From contig JBOZIK010000001.1 of NCBI GenBank assembly GCA_051453625.1, positions 9,256,858-9,299,652 of the forward strand: a DNA stretch of 42,795 nt. The letters run 5' to 3'. The stretch is from Welwitschia mirabilis (taxonomy: Eukaryota). The notes under the pieces are model-generated. The model worked only from the letters and a program-made list of their open reading frames with translations, was not told the origin of the DNA and ran no database searches. Each line of letters opens with the position of its first letter. Within the stretch, counting starts at the first letter, position 1. This document shows positions 21,858-34,469 of this stretch, piece after piece. The position numbers were made by a program, and so were the translations under genes.

Positions 21858-23060
21858 TGTTAGATTACATTTGTCAATTGATGTCAAACTAATATCTCTT
21901 GAGTTGTAGAAAATGTCATATCTTATGTGCAGATGAGATTGAGTTTTTGCAGGTAAAAGAATTAGACCAAAAATGCACTAAAAACTTGCTGAGTTATGTT
22001 AACCTCTAGTGAAGCTATGGCAAGAAAAATGGACTAAACCCAAAGGGGTCGACCGGATTCTAATGGGGTCGACTAGATTTGAGGAGCTGATAGGCAATAG
22101 TCCCAGATCGAGAGGAAAGGGGTCGACTGGATTTTTGTGGGGTCAACCAGAGATGAGAAGCTGACAAACCATAGTTCCAGACCAAGAGGCAAGGGGTCGA
22201 CTGGACCTTAGATGAGGTCGACTGAATTTTTGTGGGGTCAACCAAATGATGCGAAAAAGTAAAATTTTTAAACATTATGTATCCATTTCCTAGTTGTTAC
22301 CTAGCTGTTTTCTAGCCGTTATAGGCATAATTATTTTATAATAAACCCTATTAGTCCTCCATTATAAATAGCTATGCTATTGTTGATCTAGATATCTTTT
22401 GGCACTATTCTTATTTGGCATACTCATTGTGGATCTAAAAAATCAGGTTGTAATTTTATTTGTATGTCATTGTATTGCTTCACATTTGATTGAGGAGATC
22501 TATCATTGGCACAAGAGCTTTATTCAAAAATTAGATCTGAGAGCTTCATTGTTATGATCTATTGGAGAAGAGCTTCATTCATTGTACTGCTACAAAACGT
22601 GTGATATCTGAGCGATCAAGGCATTATTACATCACATCCATTGATTTTAAAGGTTAAGACTTAGCCAGTAAAAGTTCATTGTGAAGGTTGAGACTTAGCC
22701 TGTAAAAGTCTATTGCTAAGGTTGAGACTTAACCTGCAAAAGTCTACTTGTAAGGGTTACAGCTGAACTTGGCAAAACCTGTGGAGTAATAGAGATCTGA
22801 GATCAAGCTTATGAGAAGCTGATCATTGAGAGTGGAGTAGGGGAGTTCCTGAACCACTATAAATCCAATGTGCATCAAAATTAGTAGTTTGTGCTTTTCT
22901 GTCTTTTTAATTTCGTACTTTTAGTTTTCATTACTTTATGCACATTCTTGATTATGTTATTTTCATATGAAAACTGTGCTTAGATAGATTTAATTTTGTT
23001 TTGGGCATAAGTTTTTGAAAGAACCTATTCACCCCCACTTTAGGGTTCTCGATCCTATCA
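21858..23060 (+). repeat. Sirevirus 5' LTR (about 1.2 kb)
   Basis: TG...CA ends, GGGGTCGAC array 22045-22242, TATAAATA near 22363, three 34-bp tandem units 22651-22753, followed by the PBS. Confidence 0.85.
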
Positions 23061-23126
23061 TTTGGTATTGGAGCTTAGGTTAGCCTTTGAGAGATTTTTA
23101 CAGATCTAAACTGTAGAACCCTAAAA

Positions 23127-25210
23127 ATGAGTAACCTGACTAATGGATTTTCAATTAGTCGTCCACTCATATTTGATGGTTGAAACTATGGCTATCGAAA
23201 AGTTAGGATGAGAATATTTCTTAGATCCTTAGATGCTGATATAGAGGAAGTCATATACAAAGGTCATACTGTGCTTATGATAACACAAATAGATGCGAAT
23301 GGCAATACCATTTTAGTTCCAAAATCCCAAGACCAATGGACACCCTTAGATAAAGCAAAAGCCACCATTGATGTCCATGCTCTTCATTCTATTTTTTGTG
23401 TAGTATGTGCAAATGAATTTAAAANNNNNNNNNNNNNNNNNNNNNNNNNNNNNNNNNNNNNNNNNNNNNNNNNNNNNNNNNNNNNNNNNNNNNNNNNNNN
23501 NNNNNNNNNNNNNNNNNNNNNNATTTCTAAATTTGAAGATATTCATATGGATGATGAAGAAACCTTGCAGGAATTTTTTGCTAGACTTACAGATATAGTG
23601 AACTCAATGGTAAGCCCTAGAGAAGTATGAAGGAAAGAAAGGTGGTAAGCAAAGTGTTGGGATCCCTATCCAAGATATTCAAACCGAAGGTAACAACCAT
23701 TGAAGAAAGCAAAAACATTAATGCAATGGCTTTGGAAGAACTTCAAGGTAATATTCAAACCTATGAACTTAAGTTTACTAAAGATCAAAGAAAAGGTATT
23801 GCTTTGAAATGTGTGCAGGAGGATTACAGATCTGACAGGTCAGATGAAGAACTTAATGATGATGAAATGGCTTTTCCAGCCAAGCGTTTCAACAAGTTTT
23901 TTTTACAGCAAAAAGAAAAGAGAATCAAGTAGGATTTCAAGGAGAAGCAACTAAAAATAAAGAAAGGAGCAAGAAAAGGGAAAGGAAATCCAGTGTTATT
24001 CATGCAAAGGATTTGGACATATGACCAACAAGTGTCCCAACACTAGAAGAGAAAACAGGAAGCCTAGAAATACCTCATTCATGACAACTTGGGATAATAA
24101 AGATGATAAAGACAAAGAGAACTACTCAGATCATGGATCATACAGAGATAGGAGGTTCTCTTGCATGGCTCTAGTACCATCACTCAAAAATGTGCCTAGT
24201 ACTTTAATGTCCGATGACTTGGATATGATTGATGAAGAAGAAGATAAGCTAGAAGACACATGTCAAGAGTTGTATGAAGAGTGTGAAAAGCTCGTCAAGA
24301 GAATAAATGAGTTGAATAAAATGGTAAAGATCATTACAAAAGAAAAGGAGAAAGTATAAGAGAAGTATAAGGTGCTCATATCCGATAACATCAAGTTAAC
24401 TACTCAGGTAAATGATCTTTCATTTTTTGTAAATAAATTTTTTGGTAGTTTATCTAAATTGGAACAGATGCTTAGAGTACAAAAGCCAAATGGAGACAAT
24501 CAGGTATTGGTTTTGGTGCACAAATATCATAAAAACAGGTAAATCAAATAAGTAATATGTGCATAATATTTTGTGCAATTTTTATGGTAGAATTGATCAT
24601 TCTAAATCTTTTTGCAAGGTTAGACATTTAATGTTGTTTTTAGAAAATGTGAATTCATTGCCTTTTAAGTTTATTCAAAAGAAAAATGTACCAATTAAGT
24701 CAATTAAGACTAAGTGGGCTAAAGCTAATAATCTTTAAAGATTTGTGACATAGATAGATTTTAGAGGATTACATTTGAATAGTTGGTATCTAGATAGCAA
24801 TTGTTCAATGCATATGACAGAAGATAAATTAAGTTTTCAAAACTTGAAGAGCATAAATGGAGGAGAAGTCATTTTTGGAAACAATCAAACAATAAAAATA
24901 GAAGGTACAGGATGCATTAAAAGAGGTATGTCTTCTAAACTTGATAATGTACTTTATGTTAATGGTTTGCAACACAATTTATTAAGTGTTAGTCAACTTT
25001 GTGATAAAGGGCATAAAATAGTCTTTGATAAATTAAAATGCATTGTTGTGAATGAGAAAACAAATGTTGCTACTTTATTTGCAAAATGTATTGATAATGC
25101 TTATAGATTAGATGTTAAAATGTTTGATCAAATATTTCATGCAAACCAACACTTTAGAAAAGATTTTGATAAAACTGAATGTTATGCTATCAAATCGGAT
25201 GAAACCCTCA
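23127..25210 (+). pseudogene. Sirevirus gag and aspartic protease, fragmented
   Basis: SISRPLIFDG*NY..RMRIFL, KVLGSL..FKPKVTTIEESK, LEELQGNIQTYE, QCYSCKGFGHMTNKCP, WYLDSNCSMHMT, VLYVNGLQHNLLSVSQLCDKG. Confidence 0.88.
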
Positions 25211-25815
25211 GTTCTCATAATCAATTTAACTATCATGGGAGTGATCTGGAGGTCAAGACACTGTCCCTTAGCTGGTTGCAGGGCGGGGTCGACTGGCTTG
25301 AGAGCCCGGTCGCCCGGACCCCTTTCAGTACTGTAAACTCGCACCTCGATAGGTCGACTGGATATTCAAGTGATCGAATGGACTTGTCGGATTATAGTAC
25401 GGAAGTACAGTCGATGGACCCAATTTCTTTCTTAAATCCAACCTATTTCCCTTAGTCCATAAAAGAACTAGAACCCTAACTTGATTTCATTGTGTTCTAG
25501 TTTCTCCAAGCCTTTAGATCTAGTAAGTTTCTTTTCAGATCTAGAGATCTTGCTGCCAGATCTAGTGTTTTTCTCAATACTCTTTCTTTCAAGGATCTTA
25601 GAATAGTTGCTAGATCTCCAAGAAGAGGTGCAAAAGAGGCTACTTCAAGGAAACCTCCCTACTTCTACCATGGAATATCTAAAGCAAATGTTAACAAGTT
25701 CTCTAACAAGTTTGAAAAGAAAAATGTGTGCCAGGAGCAATCAGTGGCCACATCTAAGCTCAAGAAACTAAGGGATATCATCTAGCTCTTAAGAGATCAA
25801 GATCTGGATCATTTC

Positions 25816-26361
25816 TTGGATGTTTTAAGTCATGCTTATCCTTTTCTTACTAGAATGTTTTATTGTAATGCTTCTTTTAACTATAATACCAGGACTCTAG
25901 AAATCCTTATTTTTGGTAGAAGGTTGAGAGTGACAGTAGACCTTATCTCTGAAATGACTAATATTTTACGGGGAGATTATGAGGATTTTTGGCCTCTCAG
26001 AGACATCATGGAAGACAAGCCAATAGTTACCAAGGAGCTTTGCAGTAGAGTGCATACTTGGAAGCACACCTTATCTACTTCTTTGTTGACTTTCAAATAT
26101 TATTTCATTAATTTGATCTTTACTCATAATTTTCTTTCTTTAGCTGATCATCGTGATGAGGCCTCTAGCTACAGAGCATATTTGATTTATTTGGTAGTAA
26201 CTAAGCATTCTATTGATGCTCCTGCCATAATACTGAAAAATATGGCTTCACAGTTGGAGTATCGCAGAACTGGGGCTCTACTCTACTCTGTGCTTATCAC
26301 TAAAATATGTCGTCATTTTCATGTTAATCTACATTCTTCTTTGGAGACTCGTGGCAGTTAG
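25816..26361 (+). pseudogene. Env-like accessory ORF of the Sirevirus element (probably once spanning about 25600-26580)
   Basis: YPFLTRMFYCNA, IDAPAIILKNM, LLYSVLITKICRHF resemble the YPxLVxEFYAN / LPYGxLITxI pattern of plant retroelement accessory ORFs; lies downstream of the pol remnant. Confidence 0.65.
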
Positions 26362-26990
26362 GGTTTTCCCATGTCTATATGTTTGTTTCATTTCATGTTT
26401 TAAGTCAATAAATAGAGATCTTTCCCTCGACCCCTCCTCGTCTTTGTTTGTAATCCAACATACTCGTGACAGGAGATCGAGGGGCCAGAGAACCATCTTG
26501 TAGTTTCAGAAAGACATTTCCTTGGTGTTGAGCAGCATTTCCTCTATTGAGGTGCAACTACTTTGTAATACAGATGTGGTGTGATTTTTAATATAAACAT
26601 TTCTTTTACTACTCAATGTATGAATGATATTCTTCCTCGTAGTTTGTGTTGCTTGAGATTCAGTGATAGCTTCTGTTATGATATAGCTTATGAGGGCAAC
26701 CTTTGTCAAGGTTGTGCTTAGTTAGTTTAGGTGCATTGTTATTTTCTTTCCTAAATTAGCTTTACACAACTATGTTTTATTTTATTTTCATGCATTGCAA
26801 GTAATTTCTGTAGGTTAGGTTACAGTATTTTTCATCTTGAAAGTAAATCTCTTATTTCCATATTTTGACCTTCAACGAATTACGACATTCAAATCACTCT
26901 CATATATATTAGTGTGTTGTGTTTGTGCATATTATTTGTGGTTAATAGGATTCTAATTAGGACATAAACGTTGCATAAATATGCACTACA

Positions 26991-29900
26991 CAGTAGGTAC
27001 TTTTCTTAATTCTTAGGATTATATAGAAGACATGCTCTGAGAAGATCTTTTAAAATTTGATTAACTCTTTATGTTTAACCATCTATTTAAGGGTGAAATG
27101 TAATGCTCATATTTAATTTAATTCCTAAAATCATTTATAATTCTTGCCAAAACTTTGATGTAAATTTTGAATCTCTATCACTGATAATTACTAAAATCAC
27201 ACCATGCAATTAAGCAACATTTTTAATATATACTTTATCTCTATACTTGGCATTATAAGTATATTTTATTAGAATGAAATGTACTAACTTAGTTATTCTA
27301 TCAATTATTATCATACTAGAGTTATTACCTCTTTGAGTGTTTGGAATTCCTACAATAAAATCCATACAAATAATATCCCATTTATATTTTAAAATATCAT
27401 GAAGATAAAGTCATCTTATTAGATTTCTATGTCTTGCTTTAACTTATTGACAATTAAGACACCTTGACATAAATTTTGCTATATTTTTTTCATCCTTGGT
27501 CATTAAAATTTTTATTTCATATTTTGATAAATTTTAGTTGCTCAAGATGACTTGCTATAGATGGGTTATGAGATTCAAACATTAGCTTATGTCTAATTCC
27601 ATCTACATTAAGAATTAAAAATCTTTCCTTGAGCTTGATAATATCATCTAAATCAACACTGAAATGCTCTGAATCTATTAATTTTTCTAACTAATAATTT
27701 TTGACAATCCTCATCCTTTTTTTTATTCCTCTAACATACTGGTAGGAATTTGGCTTTAAATTTTTATGATTACTTTGAGATAACTTCATCTGCTAAGAGT
27801 ATCTACAATTTTATTTCCCTTACCTTCATCTTTTAAAATCTCTAGATCAAAATCACAAAGAAATTTCATCCATTGTCTTTGCCTAAGGTTTAATTTTGGT
27901 TAAGTAAAAATGTATTTTAAACTCTTATACTCTGTCCAAACTTGAAACTTTACATTAAAGAAATAATAGTTTCATAACTTTAAAGGAAAAATTGCTATAG
28001 CTACTTCAAGATCATGAATATAATAACTTTTTTAATGAGTTTTAAGTTGTCTTAATCCATAAGCTATTACCCTTTTATCTTGTTTAAGCACTGCCCCAAG
28101 CCTTCTCTAGATGCATTGGTATAAACTAAAAAGTCCTTTGAATCATCTGACATTACTAAGACTGGAGTACTAGTTAATAATTCTTTAATACAATGAAATA
28201 GCTACTAACATTTCTCTACCTATTGAAAGTCTCTGTTTTTCTTGAAAAGTCTTGTTAATGAAGAAGCTATCTTAGAGAAGTTAAAGATGAATCGATGATA
28301 ATATCCAGTAAGATTAAGAAATCTTCTACCCTATATAATATTTGTAGGTATTGGCCATTTCATGATTACTTTAAATTTATCTTCTATCCACTAATATACC
28401 TTCCTTAGATATTACATAACCTAAAAATTAAATAGACCCCTTTAAAAAAGATTATTTTTTCATGGTAGCATATAATTGGTAACTCCATAAAGTTTGTAAC
28501 ACTATTCTCAAGTGTTTTTTATGCTCTTCATAAGTTTTGAAATAAATAAGGATATCATCAATAAATATTATTAGAAAGGAATTAAGATGTAATTAAAATA
28601 TATAATTCATAACTCATAAATACTATAGGGGCATTACTTAATCTAGAAGGCATAACAGTGAACACATAGTGCCCATAGCGGGTTCTAAATGATATCTAGA
28701 TTTTAGGTTAATTTTTGAGAATAACAGCTTTTGTGAGTTGATTAAAAAGGTCATTTGTTCTTGATATTAGATACTTGTTTTTGATGTTAACCTTATTTAG
28801 TTATCTATAATTAACTCATAATCTTAGTATTCCATCCTTCTTCTTTATAAATAATACAAATGCTCCCTATAGTAATACACTAAGATGAATGAAACCTTTT
28901 TATAGGATTTCTTTAAGATAAATTTTTAATTCTTTCATTTATGTAGAATACATTCTACATGATGCCTTAGAAATTGGTTGGATTCCTAGGATTAATTCAA
29001 TGGAAAACTGAACTTCATGAAATGGTTGCATTCCTTATAATTTTATTATAGATACATCTAGATATTCTTAAACTATGGGTATATTCTTTATCAAAGTTTC
29101 TCCCTCCTTCAAGCTACTTGATTTTAGATATAGCATATACACTAGTGTTGCCCTCTTAGTTTCTCTTTTTTATGTACTTTGCATTAATTAAATTTTTCAT
29201 TGCTAATTTGTAATGACCTTAAAAGATTAGTCTTTGTCCATGATTCATCATTTCTACTTAATGCTTTTCACAATTTATAACTGTCATATTCTTCATTAAT
29301 CAATTCATACCTAAAACCATGTTATGTTTTTCTAAGTCAATAATAATTGCTTATATCTGAAATTCTTCCCCATGTATAGAAAAATTATAGTTTTAAACTT
29401 GTTGCTTAACTTTGTACATAAAATCATTTGCTAGTCCTATACATTCCTTAATTGAAGCACAACATAATTTTTTTCTTATAATAATCATATGAGATATAAA
29501 ATAATGTGTTGCTCCGTAATTAAATAAAATAATTACTTTATTATTATTAAGCAAAGCCTTACCTTCTATGATAGAACTCTAAAATTACACTCCTTAATTA
29601 TCTACTATTACTCCAAGTCATCCTATTGATTGAGGAATACTTTTTGATGCTTGAGGCTTTTCTGGTTGTTGTCTTGAAAGGTTTCTATTATATAATGAGC
29701 ATTCTCTTACATTATGATTCCCTTTACAGTGGTAGTATTAATATCTATTATACTAACTTTGGTACTAATAGTGACTAGGAATTTGCTAAAAGTTGGATCT
29801 GTAAGGTTGATTACTTTTGTACCTTTGACTAGGAATGTTCTAGTTTGATTAAAATTTCTATTTTTGCTATTACTATTGATAATATTATTTTTGCTAAAGT

Positions 29901-30600
29901 TTCAATTCTTATTTTGATATGACACTTGTGATCGATTTCCTTTAAAGATCTGACCCTGTGGAGGAATTCTTTTTTTAATTTCTTATTATCTCTACTAGTT
30001 TTGTTCTTCTATCTGTGTCTTTTCTATAGCCGGTTATAGACTCTTAAGTAAAAATATGGATACTTTGGTAGCAATAGAAGGAAGAATACTATCAATAAAG
30101 AGATTTGATTTAGCTTCTCAATATAGATGCATATGTGACACATATCTTAATAATTCTACAAATTTGCACTCATGAGATGTTATGGTCATATTATAAGCTT
30201 CTCTTGAATTCTAGAATTCTATAACCTTTTGGTGAATATAGAACTTGGTAATGGATCTCTCCTTAAATATGTGCTTAAATTTCCTACATAAAAGTTCTAG
30301 ATCTCCTGACTTGGTAATTTTTGTTTTCCACCCAAGATTAGCTTTTGCTTATAAAATATAGATAGCTAAATAAACCTTTTCATATTCATTACATCCTAAG
30401 GTACCTATAACCTTTTCAACATCACTCAATCATGATTATACTGTAGAAGGATCTGAACCTCCCACAAACTTTAGTGGATTTATCTTAATAAATGTTTGAA
30501 TTAATTTTCTCATATCCACTTCTTTAGGTTGATTGATACCATTATTTACTTGTGAGTTTTGACCTCAATTTACTATTTATGATAGGAACTACATGAAGGT
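26991..30600 (-). pseudogene. Decayed Tekay-like gag-pol
   Basis: Motifs in gypsy order gag-PR-RT-RH-INT, riddled with TAA/TGA stops so no ORF of 60 aa is called. Confidence 0.85.
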
Positions 30601-32003
30601 ATTTATCAATGCTTATACATTAAGTTTGGATGAGTGTTGATTTTCNNNNNNNNNNCATTATTAGGTTTTCGACTCTCTTGTGAGTTCTCTTGATGTTGAT
30701 TACTTGGTACAAGTAACTTGGCCTTAAGGTTTAACTAATGAATATGAGGCATCTAAAAGAAATGAAATCTTTTAAATGAGATTACTTTTGAAAATAGGAT
30801 AGATATATTAAAAATAAACTTAGAAATATTTTTATGATCTTAGGAAGGACATGGTTATTATTATGAGTGATTGCTTCTTACTTATAACTTAAAGTACATT
30901 ATCAGGCTTATCCCTTTTATTTATTTTTAATAGATAAGGTTTAGAAATTATAAATATGGGTTTTTATGTTAAGGTTATGTGACCTCACAATTTAGATGAA
31001 TAACTCAGTTAGAGATTTGATTATTTTCAAAGATATGTAATTATAAGATATTATTCTATATATTTATATTTTTTGCAAAATCTTAAGCTCTTTAAGGAAT
31101 CATAGAAGGTCATTATCCTAAATTCTTAAAATAAGTGTAATTCTCTTAGTTGATTATTATCTATACCTATAAGCTAATAGAGTATTTAATAACTCAAATT
31201 CATCATATTTCTACATTTGTTTAGGAATTTAGAATTATCATAAATATGATTAACATAATGATCATCTAGGAATTGGGGTTATAGTTAACCTTATGAATAT
31301 ATTAGAACTATCCAAAACATAATCAACTTCTAAGATTAGTAAGGTGCTAGGATTATCATTAGTGTAATCTTTATAATTATTAATATTAATATGGATGTAA
31401 TGTGATATATATCTAGGTAGTAGAAAAATTCCTAGGTTTAATCAAATGCATGACTATTAGAAGATATGATTAAATTCATGCTTATTCAAAAGTTAGAGTT
31501 ATCTCAGAATCTAGTATTATTAAGGATATAATTAATTTTAGTCATACTTTAAGATTATTAGGGATATAACTAACTTTATAGCTATTATGAATTAAGGTAA
31601 ATATGGTTACAACTAACTTTATGATTATTAAAGAGAGAGGTTGTTAAAGATGTAATTGGATTTATATTCTTATAAATTTATATGTGCTTAACATAAGTGT
31701 TATTTAATTTAGCCTAAATCTCTAATACCAATTTGTGATACACTCTCTTTTTTTACTCTAATTAGGCATTATTTTTTTTTCATTTCCTTCATTCTTTAAT
31801 ATTATTACATAATAGATATAATAGAACCTAGAATCAAATTTTACTTACATATTTATTAGTATATTTATATTTTAAGGAAAAAAATCATATTATTATTATA
31901 TATTTATCTATAGTTGCTTCCTAGGTTATTTTGATTTACAAATAATAACAACATCATAAGTTTGTATCCTCAATTTTTCTCTAGTTTTTTGTCACACAAA
32001 AAG

Positions 32004-33219
32004 TAATTAATTCTGTAATACAATGTCTCAGATTTTAAATGAAGTTAGAAACTTAGCTATCATTCTTCCTTAGGGATAACATTGGATTTTGGCTATAATT
32101 ACACTAGCGTTAATTTTTGTGCAAGTTACAAAAAGGGAAAAACAGGAAGAATAGATGTAATGAATCTTAAGATTTAACTTCATCTTAGAAAGAAGGGAAG
32201 CAAACTAGTTCCAAGGTATCACCAATTTGCCCTATATAATTCTTTACTTCAAAGTTATCTAATTGTCCTTCTACATAACAATCAAAACCATCAAGTGCTT
32301 TTGGTCTAAATCATGGGGCATAATCTTATCCACCATATAATAAATGGTAAATCCAAATAATAGTTAAATCTTAAATAACAATAGAAAGTAAGGATCCCTA
32401 AAGTACTCAAGATCTATGAGATTAATAGACTAAGTGATAAAGATAAATTTACATAACTAAATTAAACTTGATAATTAAAGAATTTATTTAAGCATCCTAA
32501 TTACTTATGAATCAAGATTAAAGAAAAAAACTTTTGCATTACAGAAAGAACAACTTTACAATAAAGAAAGAAGGAAGCAGGAAGAACTTATCAATAATCC
32601 TCAAATACTAGCTCACTCCTTAAAGAGTTGCCTAGAAAGCCATTGCAAGTCAATGCTCTAAAGTCTCCAAATTCTTTAAGGCAAAGATCAATACAATAAA
32701 GGGTTTAAGGTCCTTTTATAGGGAGAAATGGAGGTGAGAGGTGGTTACAACTCTTGTCTTATAGCATTAGGTAGAATATTCATCATTTAGTATGAGGTAT
32801 ATGAGATTTTGTCTTGTAACATTAGGTAGATAAGATTCTGACCTCTAGCATTAAGTGGAATCTTCATCATTTAGCATTTGATGGAAGTTGTCTTGTAGTG
32901 TTTGGTGGAGATCATCACATGTCTCTAATTCCATCATCACATACCTTTGCCACATGTCTTCAAATGATTCTACTACGTGTCACCACCTTATATCTCCATT
33001 GCCATCATTTTTTTATGTGAAATTGAGTTCATCTTCCACCATGTATTCCAAAACGTGGCTAAAAATCTACAATTAATATGAAGAAAGACATAATATTAAA
33101 TTTTTATTTTAAAAATAATAGAAGACATATTTTATGATTAACTAATTAAATTAATTTCTCTGTTCATAATAAATTAGCCTAAAACACTTGACATAAATGT
33201 TAATTGTGATATATTAACA
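32004..33219 (-). repeat. 3' LTR of Athila-like G
   Basis: Colinear homology to 38660-39889; decayed PPT-like tract from 33220. Confidence 0.85.
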
Positions 33220-34469
33220 CATACCCTAACTAATCTTTTACTAGTACCTTAGTAAAAAATCGATAACAAAATGGTTAAACATAGAAAAGTTATTTGTATT
33301 AAAAGTGTATCAAGTGTGGGAACAATATAACTTAAAATTTTTATGACCAATTTTATGTAATTAAGCCATCAAAGTAAAAACTTTTAGTAAAAATTGAGAT
33401 TGTCACTCCCCCAACCAAAACTTGACTTTGTCCTTAAAGTTTATGATGAAAAGTTATTTAAGAACATAGGTATAAACAGATCATGAAGAGTTATTTTATT
33501 AAAAATAATACAAATTAAGCTAAATAAAAAGATAAGCTATTTACAACCAAACATGTGCTAAGTGAAAAAACTATTTGTCAAAAAAAAAAAAAAGTTAATG
33601 CCTTAGGATTTATTTCTTATGAAAATGATATGAAGTGAAATGTAGTGAAGTGATGTAAGATAAATGAAATGGAAAATGTGTGAGAGGAGTAAAACCAAAA
33701 GCCATTGAATAAATGAGTGAACTATCATAAGTTATTAGCCCTATATTATTATTTTGTATTCTTTAGTAGACCATGTTATCAACCAAGTTAAGTTTTAACC
33801 AAGTAACCTATAGGAATCTAAGGAATCGATGCAAATCCTAAGTATGAAAGTTAAGAGCAACATTTCACATAAGGCCTCCGATTCCATCTTTTCATTCCTT
33901 TATTTTTCATTTCTAGCTTTGCATATGTCCTTAGTATTATACTTTTGAATCACATTAAACATCTAGTGTTACAACATTTTTTGACAACAGAGTTAAGCAT
34001 GTTGTATTATGAAGAAATTAGTGTTGACCCTGATGTAGNNNNNNNNNNNNNNNNNNNNNNNNNNNNNNNNNNNNNNNNNNNNNNNNNNNNNNNNNNNNNN
34101 NNNNNNNNNNNNNNNNNNNNNNNNNNNNNNNNNNNNNNNNNNNNNNNNNNNNNNNNNNNNNNNNNNNNNNNNNNNNNNNNNNNNNNNNNNNNNNNNNNNN
34201 NNNNNNNNNNNNNNNNNNNNNNNNNNNNNNNAAGACAAATCTGGTCCCCATTAAATGCTTTTTACTTAAGAAGCAGATGTGAAGGTAAATCCCACCTTTT
34301 TAACCAAGTTTTTTCAAAACTAGAGATCCTAAGTGAAATCGTTCTTAACTAACCTACTCAAAATTAGTGTTCTTTCCCTTAAAAACCCAGAAGTAAACTA
34401 GATCTTAACCATTACTTAAATGATAACATGATTGATTATTATTGATTTTTAATTTAAGGGATTTTATTC

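Larger units (their letters stand above)
21858..26990 (+). mobile_element. Sirevirus-like copia E: 5' LTR, PBS, gag, protease, env-like ORF; no INT/RT/RH and no 3' LTR seen
   Basis: LTR TGTTAG...CCTATCA with CCTATTCACCCCCAC U5 end; decayed PBS TGGTATTGGAGC 23063-23074; SIRE-type gag and protease motifs. Confidence 0.85.
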
